Shown here piece by piece: positions 30,445 to 41,700 of a stretch of 64,000 nucleotides of DNA. This DNA is from a virus. The stretch covers positions 1-64,000 of the IMG/VR virus record IMGVR_UViG_3300017986_004441. The stretch is one strand, 5' to 3'. The notes below the pieces were generated by a model. The model ran no database searches and was not told where the DNA came from. It worked only from the letters and a program-made list of their open reading frames with translations. The stretch's first letter is position 1. Every line of letters begins with the position of its first letter. The translations under genes were made by a program, and so were the position numbers.

Positions 30445-33400
30445 ATGAGTTGTATAATAAGCAATACAGATTTTATAGATAATATTTCTCAATATAATAT
30501 TAGTGAAAATTTTCTGAGTAATCAGCTAGTTAATAATTTTAATCAGAGTATAATAACTCTCAATTATAACGAGACAAAAAATAGCCATCCTGTTTATTCT
30601 GGTGCTACATGGCTGGATGGAAGAATAGCTCAAAGTGCTAGTGTTTATGGCACAGGATTCAATAAGTGGTATCCTATTATAGTAGAACCTGTTCAGTCCA
30701 AATTTTCTAAGAAAGTAAATAGGAATTTTACACAACAGCCAAAAATACTAGGGTATGAGAATTTCTTTAATTTTAAAGGAGAATTTCGAGATTGGTCATC
30801 TAATGACATGAGTGTTGATTGGTTTATTAATACTCCTACTTTTATATTTGAGCCCTTTTGGGGGATTTTGGGATGGATTAAATATCATGATATTACTGCT
30901 GATAATTATGCTGAAAATAGCGGGGTTGGAGCGACCATGATTGCTACTGGAGACTTTAAATACACAAGTTTATCTGGTAATTCTGTTAGTGTGAATACTG
31001 GCACCAGGTTCACAAAATACAATTCCGACATTTTAGTTAACTTGCAGCCTAATTCTGATGAAGAAAAAATGCTTTCAATTAGTGGAAATAAGGGATTACC
31101 ACTCAGACCAACATCAATAGGAAATATGTCATTATATATAGATGACGCAGACTTTTTTTGCTACTATGAAAATCCCGGTCAACAGTTCTATAGAGAAGCA
31201 TATGATATAGCTCCTATATCGTATATATCTCCAACCGGATGGCAAGATTATCAGCACATATATGATGTATTAACTAGGTGCTGGGGTAAGAAGCCAGACG
31301 AACAATCTCATTTAGCAATATCTCAACTATCGTCGATATATGCTACGCACCCATTAAAAGACAGAATTACTCATGAATATTTTTCAGATTTTTCTTATCG
31401 GTCTACTATTGGTGATTTTATATCTACCAATAATTTTGAAAATTTTCATAAGAATATATTTAATGATCTTACAAAATTAGAAGATCAAAACATTATATCT
31501 AATTCTAGTTCTGGTTTTATATCGAATAACACAGATTTGTTCAATAGAATTATTACCAAATACAAGCCATATTTATGGAAACCTGCATCTATTAAATATA
31601 ATCATACACTACCTGATGGTCCCCATTTGTATGTAAATACCCAAATGACCAACCATTGTGACCGGAATATTAAGGGTCAGGTTTTGTATAATACCGCACA
31701 ATTTAATTTAGGGCAATATAGTTTTTATACAGATTTTTCGATACAGAATAGTAATTATATTATTAGCCCTACTGATAATACTGGGGGACGAGTTAAAATT
31801 CCATTATTTGATACAGGAAAGTCTTTTGCTCTTTATGATATTGATAAAAATATAGGCATGACTGCAGGTCCAGATATTTATATTCCTATCGCTGGAGATT
31901 TTAATAAGTGCGACAATGGAAGGATGGGACCTGGAGGTATTAAGTGGCAATCTTACCAAATCACAGAAGATATTTTGAATCCTATTATCGCAGCAAACCA
32001 TCCCTTTTATTCGCTACAATCCGCTACTTATCAGTGGGAATTAATTTCTGGAGTTGAGGAGGGTGTGAAAATTGTAGACCCAGATAAGGTAGAGACAGAA
32101 ATATTTTTTAGCTCTTTTGGTAAATTTACTTTACAATTAACAGTTGTAATAGACGAGTTGGCTGTTTATGACTCTATAGATATTTATATTGTGAATATGA
32201 CTGGATGTACTGTTGGTATTGATGGTGATGGATTACCAGCATATATAACTGAAGAACGTATTACGAACGCCCAAGGTAATGTTATTGGAACTAGACTTGT
32301 AGATAATGCAGTTAATTTCATTAATCCAAATGAATATTTACCAGGCAGGCTATCTCCTGTTACATTTAATAGAAATAGGCAAGGCGAATTGGATATATAT
32401 TTAGATTATCGTTTTTCATCTCCTATTATTGTACCAAACGACAGAAATATTTGTAAGGTTCCTAATATAACAGAATTCATCTTTAGTAAATATGGTGCTG
32501 TTATGCCAGCAAAAAGCAACTCTTATATAGAGGTTGTAACTAGCGCCATCATAGCCAATGACGACCAGCAATATCAGACTAGAAACTATGTTGGCAGATT
32601 GGATAATGGGAAATATAACAAGTTTTTCTACACCCCGATACCTGCTATCAGCAATTCTTCTGATGCCCGTTTTTCTTTAAATTTTAATTATGCTGGAGGA
32701 GTCAATACTAAAATATATAGAATAAGACTAGAAAGGACCAGGGACGTAGGAACAGGTAGATGTAAAGGCATTTATGAGAATAAGCTTTATAGAGAAACGA
32801 GAAAATATCCTTTAGCTGAAGAAATCAGAAATGAAACAAGGTTTTTAAGAGACATTCCTGGACCAGTCCGTAACGTAGTGGAATATTCATTTGATGCCGC
32901 TAAGAGAATAGGTGTTAAAAAAAGAATAGTACAACTAGCACCTATGCCTGATTTATCTACGCTTGGTACCCCTAAAATTAAACCATTTGGAGGACACGGA
33001 GGAGGGATGATAGATTGGCATGAGGGTGTGGGTGGTGATGAAGAAAATATGCCGTCAAATAATATGGGCATTGTGATTGGTCATGACCTTGTCACTAATG
33101 ACGTAATATGCCATTTACAAGAAGCTCGAATCAAAACCTCTAAAGACCCGTGTTACAAGTACGGCGCCAATAATCCCAATATGAAATTTATCAAAGGGAC
33201 TTTTCATCCCGGCATTGGATTTATTGAAGGTGGTGGTTCATGGAAGAATAAAACCAGCTCTTTAAAATTTAATACCGGTAATAAAAATAGCTTTACTTTT
33301 ACTGGTCCTGGATTTTATACATCTTTAAGAGGAGATACAGATTCTGCTTCTGGAATTAATATTTATAATGATGTATTTGATGTTGAATTTGTAGGAAAAA

Positions 33401-36400
33401 AAGAAGAATACCTAGACAATACAGAACTAGAAGATTTTGATATACATCATGGCTATAGAAGACTGTCTGGAGATTTTGGTAGATTATCCAGAGATCATCT
33501 GCTTTATGATGAATATATAGGTTCTTATGGCAATTATTCATTTGCCCTTAGAGGTAGAAGATTTAGTGACAATCTTAGATTACAAGGTAGCAATTTAATA
33601 TTTGCTAGAATTAGAAATATAGAAGTAAAATTAAATTTTTTGAATCAGGTTAATCTTAAAAATACAGCCATATATTTAGTTATAAAGCCATCTAGACATG
33701 TAAGCAAAAGGGTGGAACCTAGAAGTGATGATATTGGTAAAAATAAACCCAAATTTGGCAATGATCCATTTTTTGAGTTGCTAGGATCGCCCGATAGTCC
33801 TGTCATATCTAATATTTCCAAAAGCAATCAAGGACTCAAAGACGGTAAGAAAGAAAGGAGCGCAACAACATTTATAAAGCATGAAATAATATCAGAATAT
33901 TTAGATAATTTAAAACAATATAACGAAACTAGTTCTAACTCCTATACCCTATATTTGTTAAATAGAGAAAATGTAGACTCTAATACTGTTGATTCTGTTT
34001 ATCATTTTTCTGATAGATTTTCTAAAAATCTTACCCCAAGAAATATGAATAATGTTGGTAATGGCATCAATAAAGACCAAAAGCCCAATGTGACTAATTA
34101 TATTAAGCTACAACCTAGTTTGGTGGTGCCAGATTATGAGTATCCAAATACTGATCAAATATCTACAGCACTGAAAAATAATGATATGTTTTGGCCAGTC
34201 AATAGCTTCATTAAATTTTTTAATCAGCCTATAGTGATGGGCGCAGTTGAGGAAGGCGACCCAGAAGGCAGCATACCTAAACCGGACTCTTCTTTCGGTA
34301 TCTCATTACATATAGAGACATTTGGTGAACACGATATGGTTAGTTTGGATAATATATCAAACATCTCTGATAAAATAGACACCAATCCAATAGACAATAG
34401 AAAAACAGCAAATGTGATTTTTAATTCATTGTGTTCTTGGGAAGTTATTTTAGATATTGATACCAGAGAATTTGCAGATAAAGATTCACTAGGAAAAATA
34501 AAATATGGCTGGGAGCCTGCTATACCAGGATATAATTTTATTACTGATGACCTTAATGCTATAGCTAAATTGCCTCAAAGTATCATAAATGCTCCTAATC
34601 AACATCTGAACGACTTAACGGATTGTTTTTATGACGAAACTACCGACGAAAGTATCAGCCCCCTACAAAGACCAAGAGAGCAGAGATTTCCTAGTGAGCA
34701 ACTAGTTATAGCTCTAGGCGCCCTAGCTCTAGGGGCGTTGGGCGGGGTTATAGGATTGGCTATTGGTATAGGAATAGCTATGCCTTCATTTGCATTTATT
34801 ACAAGGTTTTTGTCTAGTATTAGAAGACAACAAAATGAAGAAGCCCAGTTAAGGGCCTTAGAAAGAACAGTATATACTGAGCGAGGCCATGGTGGTCCAG
34901 ATAAAATTCTGCTGGATGTAGCAACAAATGAGCCATTTGTATATACATTAGAAGCATCTGTTTATAGATATGGGAACACTCCGGTTTTGGCTAGAAAAGT
35001 AAGAAAGTATATCAAGCCAAATAAAGACCTTTTGCCAGAATTGGCAACTTTTCGGTGCATATTGGTCAAAGATCTACTGGATATTTTTGAACCATATATC
35101 TTCGACGATACTTCATTAGTCCCTGATCCGCCTGAAGGCTTAGTCATCAACAGTAATATCACACTAAAAGAAGATTCATTAATACTATATAATAATATCT
35201 TATATGTGGCGAAATCAGGAAATTGGGCAACATTAGATAATACAAATATCCCCATAGATATTTTATGTGCCAACAATCTTCTGTCTCTAGACTTGACACA
35301 ATACAACAAGATGGTTTTGATTAAAGGATATAGGGCATATAACTATTTCGATGTTGATGGTGTGGTACAAAGTGAGTCCGGAGACTCATACAAAATTGCG
35401 GCAAAAGGAAAAATTATTAAAAATAGCACAGAGTATACGGTTTTACAATTTCATGACGGAGTACCAAATGATGATGATCTAATATTTTTGGATGATGCCG
35501 ACAATACAAACATAATTGTTTGGACAGAGGTAGAGCCGGTCCATTATAATTCTAAACAAACATCTACAAAAATTCCCAACACGCTATTTCCCAAGGGTAC
35601 ATATGGAACAGGCAGCCCTGTTATAGATCATAATTTCTTATCTAATCAATATATTGAGAATGATCTTTCTACTATATATGATATATTTAATAATCAAGAA
35701 TGCGATATAAAGCCATTAAATCGGGTAGAAATATATAAATCGGATACAAAATATGAGGATATGGTAGCATATAAAACTGTAGATCCTACAATGGCTTATA
35801 ATTTAGGAGTAAAAGACTATCCAGATATTTTACAGGGGCTTCCTGGTCCTTTACAATATAATCTAACGGCTGGCTACTCATATAACCTATTTAAGATCTT
35901 AGAAAACAATTCTACCTTACAGTCATCAAATTTTATTGCTGCCAAGAATAATAGTGACGAAACCAACTTTGATCTGCCACACCTATTAAAAAATATACAT
36001 AATCCTGGTTCGGATAGCTATAACGTGGTTGAATTAAAAAACGGTGACTATGCCAATATCGATTCTTCTGGTTATGTTGTGGTAGAAGGAGATTATGATT
36101 TAGCATATCCTACATCTTTTGTGTATTTGGGTCTGGACTCTATTGGATCTATCAATGTTATTATGTCAAGATTAAAATATTTAGATTCAAATTCTTCTGG
36201 CAGTGATTTTATCAATTATTCTATTAGTAAGCTCGTAGAAAAAATATCCACCATATCAGATATGGATCCTAAATGCGATTCTGCTGAATATACAGAAAAG
36301 AAAAACGAGTGTGAAAAATTAAGAGCTGAAAGAGCCCTTGCTTTGCTGTATGCAGAAAAAAATCAGTTACTTAATTTGCTAGATACTAATACAATTAAGT

Positions 36401-37530
36401 ATGATGGTAATTATAACATAATATATATACCAGAGTGTATAGCTAACACAAACGTTGTTCCTGTTAGGACTTATACAATTCATAAAGACTCTAAAGGAGA
36501 TGACCAACCGATTAGAATTAATGAGTCTCAATCGTCAGAAAGGTATTGGATTAATATTGATCCTGAACAGAGATGTAAGGTTAGTAGAGATGCTAGTATA
36601 AAGATTTTGCTGAAAGCAAAATATACCTGCTGGCCGACTTCTCTAATAGTGGCTGGAGACTTAGGCAACATTCCTACGCTGGATAGAGATGCTCAAAATA
36701 TATGTCCTTCTGAGACCAAATCCGGTGTTGGTTCTAGATTGCAGTTTGATAATGCGGGCAATGTGTTTACGTATGAATTTGATTTGGCTTATATAGCAAG
36801 ACAAAAGGCGGAATATGCAGCTAAATATGGCATAGGTGACAACGATTGGGAAGAGCTGGTATTCCCTGGTAGTTCACCAACTGGAGCAGGCGGAGGTGGA
36901 GAAGTTACTAGGTCATTTTTTATTAGACCCGGAACAAATACTAGGGATATATTGGTAGAGGTAGAAGAAACATATCTTGTGCCATCCGAGGATTATTTCC
37001 GCAAAACTTTGGGATTAGGACCAAAACCAGAAATTCCAGATGGCTTATATAGGCCAGACGAGCCGTCATTTTATGATCCCGATGAGATACCAGAAGAATT
37101 TCAATCACCATACCAAAAACTATATGGAGAGTATTACGGAAAAGTAAAAGACCTTATTCCTTCTAGAATCTTAGACAATAAGTGCCTAGCCTGCAAAAGT
37201 AGAGTTATACCTAGAAAATTAAGAAGGGTAGACCTTCATTATGATAGATACAAACCTGATTTTAACGGTAATCTAGTTAAAGATCTTCCTTCTGGAGGTC
37301 CTGGTGGGCCGTTTAGTAATGTATTTCAATTATGGCACTGCGCAAATAAGGACACCAAAGAATATAGACCTATTCCAGATTATTTTAAAATACAAAATGA
37401 AATGATATATAGAGCTTATTTTGGCAGTGTAGATAATATAGAACACAAGAGTGATTTGGAATATAGCATGGACCCATTTGAATGGATACCTTACGAATAC
37501 CATGCTCCGAATATGGTTCCTAAACAATGA
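30445..37530 (+). CDS. Giant hypothetical structural protein with PKD-like module, P-domain-like segment and one hydrophobic Gly-rich helix
   Basis: 2361 aa; YQWELISG..IFFSSFGKFTLQLTV; IRNIEVKLNFL...LCSWEVIL; LVIALGALALGALGGVIGLAIGIGIA. Confidence 0.6.
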   Translation: MSCIISNTDFIDNISQYNISENFLSNQLVNNFNQSIITLNYNETKNSHPVYSGATWLDGRIAQSASVYGTGFNKWYPIIVEPVQSKFSKKVNRNFTQQPKILGYENFFNFKGEFRDWSSNDMSVDWFINTPTFIFEPFWGILGWIKYHDITADNYAENSGVGATMIATGDFKYTSLSGNSVSVNTGTRFTKYNSDILVNLQPNSDEEKMLSISGNKGLPLRPTSIGNMSLYIDDADFFCYYENPGQQFYREAYDIAPISYISPTGWQDYQHIYDVLTRCWGKKPDEQSHLAISQLSSIYATHPLKDRITHEYFSDFSYRSTIGDFISTNNFENFHKNIFNDLTKLEDQNIISNSSSGFISNNTDLFNRIITKYKPYLWKPASIKYNHTLPDGPHLYVNTQMTNHCDRNIKGQVLYNTAQFNLGQYSFYTDFSIQNSNYIISPTDNTGGRVKIPLFDTGKSFALYDIDKNIGMTAGPDIYIPIAGDFNKCDNGRMGPGGIKWQSYQITEDILNPIIAANHPFYSLQSATYQWELISGVEEGVKIVDPDKVETEIFFSSFGKFTLQLTVVIDELAVYDSIDIYIVNMTGCTVGIDGDGLPAYITEERITNAQGNVIGTRLVDNAVNFINPNEYLPGRLSPVTFNRNRQGELDIYLDYRFSSPIIVPNDRNICKVPNITEFIFSKYGAVMPAKSNSYIEVVTSAIIANDDQQYQTRNYVGRLDNGKYNKFFYTPIPAISNSSDARFSLNFNYAGGVNTKIYRIRLERTRDVGTGRCKGIYENKLYRETRKYPLAEEIRNETRFLRDIPGPVRNVVEYSFDAAKRIGVKKRIVQLAPMPDLSTLGTPKIKPFGGHGGGMIDWHEGVGGDEENMPSNNMGIVIGHDLVTNDVICHLQEARIKTSKDPCYKYGANNPNMKFIKGTFHPGIGFIEGGGSWKNKTSSLKFNTGNKNSFTFTGPGFYTSLRGDTDSASGINIYNDVFDVEFVGKKEEYLDNTELEDFDIHHGYRRLSGDFGRLSRDHLLYDEYIGSYGNYSFALRGRRFSDNLRLQGSNLIFARIRNIEVKLNFLNQVNLKNTAIYLVIKPSRHVSKRVEPRSDDIGKNKPKFGNDPFFELLGSPDSPVISNISKSNQGLKDGKKERSATTFIKHEIISEYLDNLKQYNETSSNSYTLYLLNRENVDSNTVDSVYHFSDRFSKNLTPRNMNNVGNGINKDQKPNVTNYIKLQPSLVVPDYEYPNTDQISTALKNNDMFWPVNSFIKFFNQPIVMGAVEEGDPEGSIPKPDSSFGISLHIETFGEHDMVSLDNISNISDKIDTNPIDNRKTANVIFNSLCSWEVILDIDTREFADKDSLGKIKYGWEPAIPGYNFITDDLNAIAKLPQSIINAPNQHLNDLTDCFYDETTDESISPLQRPREQRFPSEQLVIALGALALGALGGVIGLAIGIGIAMPSFAFITRFLSSIRRQQNEEAQLRALERTVYTERGHGGPDKILLDVATNEPFVYTLEASVYRYGNTPVLARKVRKYIKPNKDLLPELATFRCILVKDLLDIFEPYIFDDTSLVPDPPEGLVINSNITLKEDSLILYNNILYVAKSGNWATLDNTNIPIDILCANNLLSLDLTQYNKMVLIKGYRAYNYFDVDGVVQSESGDSYKIAAKGKIIKNSTEYTVLQFHDGVPNDDDLIFLDDADNTNIIVWTEVEPVHYNSKQTSTKIPNTLFPKGTYGTGSPVIDHNFLSNQYIENDLSTIYDIFNNQECDIKPLNRVEIYKSDTKYEDMVAYKTVDPTMAYNLGVKDYPDILQGLPGPLQYNLTAGYSYNLFKILENNSTLQSSNFIAAKNNSDETNFDLPHLLKNIHNPGSDSYNVVELKNGDYANIDSSGYVVVEGDYDLAYPTSFVYLGLDSIGSINVIMSRLKYLDSNSSGSDFINYSISKLVEKISTISDMDPKCDSAEYTEKKNECEKLRAERALALLYAEKNQLLNLLDTNTIKYDGNYNIIYIPECIANTNVVPVRTYTIHKDSKGDDQPIRINESQSSERYWINIDPEQRCKVSRDASIKILLKAKYTCWPTSLIVAGDLGNIPTLDRDAQNICPSETKSGVGSRLQFDNAGNVFTYEFDLAYIARQKAEYAAKYGIGDNDWEELVFPGSSPTGAGGGGEVTRSFFIRPGTNTRDILVEVEETYLVPSEDYFRKTLGLGPKPEIPDGLYRPDEPSFYDPDEIPEEFQSPYQKLYGEYYGKVKDLIPSRILDNKCLACKSRVIPRKLRRVDLHYDRYKPDFNGNLVKDLPSGGPGGPFSNVFQLWHCANKDTKEYRPIPDYFKIQNEMIYRAYFGSVDNIEHKSDLEYSMDPFEWIPYEYHAPNMVPKQ

Positions 37531-37910
37531 ATAAATTATGTGAATTTTTAACGTATGATAATATACATTATAAATGCAAAAGATGTGGCACAGAATTAAG
37601 ATTTACTGAATATCAAATTTCTGAACCGGTTTATATTTGTAGCGATGTATTAAAAAAGCGACCCAATCAAAGCTTTACTGATTTTATCAAAAAAATTAAA
37701 GGTTTTGCCAAGGCCAGTATTGGCCATTTTTTCAAAGGTATGCCTATCTGTGACGATAGCACAATAGAAAAACGATATAAAATATGTCAAAGGTGCGAAC
37801 ATTTTGTATCTGGATCATGTGCTTTGTGTGGCTGTCCATTGCATAGAAATCGTAGATTTATTAGCAAATTATCTTGGTCAGACCAAAAATGCCCAATAAA
37901 TAAGTGGTAG
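37527..37910 (+). CDS. Small Cys-rich protein (DUF6171-like C-terminus)
   Basis: RYKICQRCEHF..SCALCGC...KL....KCPINKW; ATGA overlap with the upstream gene. Confidence 0.7.
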   Translation: MNKLCEFLTYDNIHYKCKRCGTELRFTEYQISEPVYICSDVLKKRPNQSFTDFIKKIKGFAKASIGHFFKGMPICDDSTIEKRYKICQRCEHFVSGSCALCGCPLHRNRRFISKLSWSDQKCPINKW

Positions 37911-37921
37911 GTGTATAATAA
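37911..37921 (+). promoter_or_regulatory. GTGTAT motif, candidate late promoter
   Basis: GTGTATAATAA begins 45 nt before ATG 37956. Confidence 0.6.
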
Positions 37922-37955
37922 CAATAACACTATAGAAATATAAAGGAATAGTATA

Positions 37956-38747
37956 ATGCCCAAAATTTCAGAATTGACTACAGCCTTAGCTTCAGATATC
38001 AATAATGATGATTTATTGGTTATAGTAGATAAATATACTGGCGAAACTAAAAACATGCCAATTACTGAATTTGCCAAGGTCATGGCGGATATATTAGGCG
38101 TTGATATTACAGGAGACGCTGGTGAAGACAAATTTGAAAGACCAGTACTTCCAAGATTAAGAAATTGTGGTACAAAAGTTGTGTTGCAAAAAATGATTTC
38201 TTCTACTATGGTAGATAGATATCGATTTGATACAAACTCTAACACCTTTACCATAACATATGACACCTATCTTATAGGGAATAGAATAACGCTTTATGCA
38301 TCTTCTTCTCTTAATCCGTCTCAAAAGGTTATGCTTTTTGATACCGGTGGAGAAATTTCGGGACAGGGCAGTGCCACCTTTTGCAAAGATGCGGGCTATG
38401 ATATTATAGACGTTTATATAAGGTCTAAGTCTTTGGCATCATTTGAGTACACACTCTCATGTGGATTAGGAACGTGCGACTATGTTCAACCGATTCCTGT
38501 TACACCTACACCTTCATATACTCCGCCAGTAACACCTACAGTGACAGCAACAAATCTTGTTATTGAGCCAATTGTTGATCCTACTCCAACACCAACCACA
38601 ACCAATACTCCCACACCATCGCCAACACAATTGCCGCCACCACCCCCACCTCTTCCACCACCTCCACCACCACCCCCACCTCTTCCACCACCTCCACCAC
38701 CTCTTCCACCACCCCCGCTTCCACCTCCACCACCTCCGCCAGCATAA
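37956..38747 (+). CDS. Tail-fibre-type N-terminal module protein ending in Thr-Pro and poly-Pro
   Basis: MPKISELT....DDLLVIVD....TK resembles phage fibre N-termini. SD AAGGA. The C-terminus is (L/P)n-Ala-stop. Confidence 0.65.
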   Translation: MPKISELTTALASDINNDDLLVIVDKYTGETKNMPITEFAKVMADILGVDITGDAGEDKFERPVLPRLRNCGTKVVLQKMISSTMVDRYRFDTNSNTFTITYDTYLIGNRITLYASSSLNPSQKVMLFDTGGEISGQGSATFCKDAGYDIIDVYIRSKSLASFEYTLSCGLGTCDYVQPIPVTPTPSYTPPVTPTVTATNLVIEPIVDPTPTPTTTNTPTPSPTQLPPPPPPLPPPPPPPPPLPPPPPPLPPPPLPPPPPPPA

Positions 38748-38768
38748 TAATTCATAGGAGCTTTTTAA

Positions 38769-41700
38769 ATGAGCACAGCCAATATTTCCAATACTTTTCC
38801 TGTAGATTTGAATGCAAGAGGAACTACTTGTGTAGGTACAAGTGGCCCGTCATCATGGTTTGGCACTTATGATCAGAGCGGAAATGTTGAAGAGTATATA
38901 GAGAAGGGAGTATTATTTTCTACAACAGAAGACTATATACCTCCGGATTATGTAGTAGGTGTCGGATTCCAATCTGCTAAATATACAAATAAATATCTTA
39001 ATGAGAAAAGAGCAGAAAGAAGAAAAAATAATCAAGATCTTTATATTGAAACTCAAGTTGTCAACTTTTTTGTGTGGTTCAATAGTATTCTAGGTGGTTA
39101 TGCGCAGAATATTCCACAAGATCAGAGGAATGCAGGTTCTAATTTAATTTTTATTAATGATGAATATACGCCTTATATTCAAATTGGAATGTATGTATCT
39201 GGTCCCGGTGTTTCTAATAATACCAAAGTAGAACGAATAGAAACAATGACCTATAATTCGGGGGGTATTAAATGGAGACTGGTTAGGCTGGATAAGAATT
39301 TAGACTGGAACACATATGAGTTTAATGACGGGATAGGAACTAGGCTAGGTGGAATAGAAGAAAGGATTTATTTTGGCTTTCGGTATTTAGCTGAAAATGA
39401 AAATATTTATCAGCAGATTTCTACTGTGCTGGTAGCAGATTATATACCAGAAGGGTATGGTAATGAATATCCAGAACCGCTAAACACATTGTTTGTACCA
39501 GTATCTAGTCTTGGGGCTATTAGAACCGGTTGGGCAGTATATGGCGACAATGTTCCAGATAATACATATGTAAAATATGTTTCCATGAATGGCGTCAATT
39601 TTCCTGAAATAAATGATATTGAATATGCAGAAGTGGTACTAAATAACCCATACATTGCCCCTACATCAATGACTACTAATAGTAATGGATCATATGGATT
39701 TGTATCATTGGGATTTTTATCTGGGTTTTATGGAGAAACAGCACTGCCTCCGCCATTGCCAACTACCCCTACTCCAGAACCGATTCAGATTAGAACCTCT
39801 TTTGGATTTGGCAAGGCTCTTAGGGGTGGTTCTTTTCTTTCGTCTCAAGAGGCCAGTGGAAAAAATGCTCCTTTAAGCTATTTGCCGGTTAATGACTTTA
39901 GTGAATCTGTTGGATTTAGAATTGGTTCTATTGCTGAAGAAAGAGATGTTGATGCAAGATTTTACGATCCAAACAGTACATACGGCTTTGGGCTTAGAAA
40001 TATTTTTATAGAAATATCTACCATAGCTAGCACCTATGAAGAAGCAGCTACTCTTATCAGAGCTGGTATGAAGATTTCTGGAAATGGAATAGATTTTGAT
40101 ACATATGTTACCTCTGTAGCAAAGCGAAATGATACATGGATGCAGGTTACTATTAGTAGAGATATGATGATTGATGAATTGGCACCAAATGGGCTGTTTG
40201 GTACGACAGTATGTACTTTGCCAAACGATCCGGTAGAGCCATGGGACCCAAATAGTGGAGCCCCACCGCCTCCCCCTAGTCCGTTTATTAGGTGCGCTCT
40301 TTCCACATTAAATTTTTCAATGTCTAATCCGGCACATATGAAAAATATGGTATTGGTTGGAGATGAAGGTAATTCGCCAGATGGTTTTACTCCAGGGTAT
40401 GGTAGAGTTAACTATAAATATTGGATTGGAAAATATACTGTAACTAATAGTGAATATGTTGCATTTTTGAATAGTGTAGGTAACACAATAGAAGGTCAAG
40501 AGAATCTTAATGCTCTTTACAATCCAGCATCTTCCGAAAATAATTTGAATATGTCTGTAGGCATAGACAGAGATATCTGGCTGCATTTGCCTGCAGGTTT
40601 ATTGGGAAATAATCAAGATATATATTTTATAGAATATGCTAGTGTAGATGGAATGGCCGACCATCCTGTAGTTGGTGTTAGCTGGCCTCAAGCCGCTCAA
40701 TATTGCAATTGGCTACATAATAATAGTAATGGGAATTGGGGATCTACTCAGGTGAATACTGGCGCATATAATTTTGTTAATGAGACTATTCAAAACATGA
40801 GAAGGGCTAGTAATGCAAGATATTTTATACCGAATGAAAACGAATGGTATAAAGCTGCGTATGGAGGCAAGCGATACGGCGGATATTATAGCATACAAGC
40901 CACAAAACAAGATAACATAACTCCTGTTGCATACCAAGACTCATCAGAAATTAATTTAGCAAACACGCCAGACGCATGGAATAATGGAATGCCAATGATA
41001 GAAGTAGAGGATTTTACTAGGCGTGGAGCATTATTTGACAGCACACAAGGAACATCCCTGTTTAATAGATTTTTATTCGATGAGTATATTAGCAGAGCAC
41101 GGCCTGGCACCTCCTTGAGATGGATAAGTATATTTAATAGGGCAGCAGATATTTTAGATAGCTATATCTCTCATGTAAGGTGGTCATTTGGTAATGTATG
41201 GAATGCAAATACTAGAACCACTGAAGTTGCACGGTTTTTCTCACTAGATACATCACTATATGACAATATGAAAAGGAATTGTGAGTCTTTAGAGCTAGCA
41301 ATAGGCCCAGGAGACAGCTGGTTTAGAGGCTGTAGATATAGTGGAATGGTTTTGGCCTTTTTGACCTTCTATAATGATGCTACTTCTGGCACGATCGCAT
41401 CCTGCGCAACATTGACCTATAGAGATAACACGGGCGCTCGAGTGAATTTAGCGACGACTATGCCTCATCACAATCAAGAGGGGGCAGATAATCGAACCAT
41501 ACCATTAGCTTTTGCAACCAATATAAATCTAGCCCAGGATGATGACTTAACAGATGAAGAATGGGTAAAGGTTCTAACGCACGAAATGTGCCATGCTTTG
41601 GGTTTTGGTACGGTAACAACTCAATTATTGCCAAATGGATGTATAGTAAATGACGATATTAATAATCCCTATATATCTAACGAAGTATTTCCAAATATGA

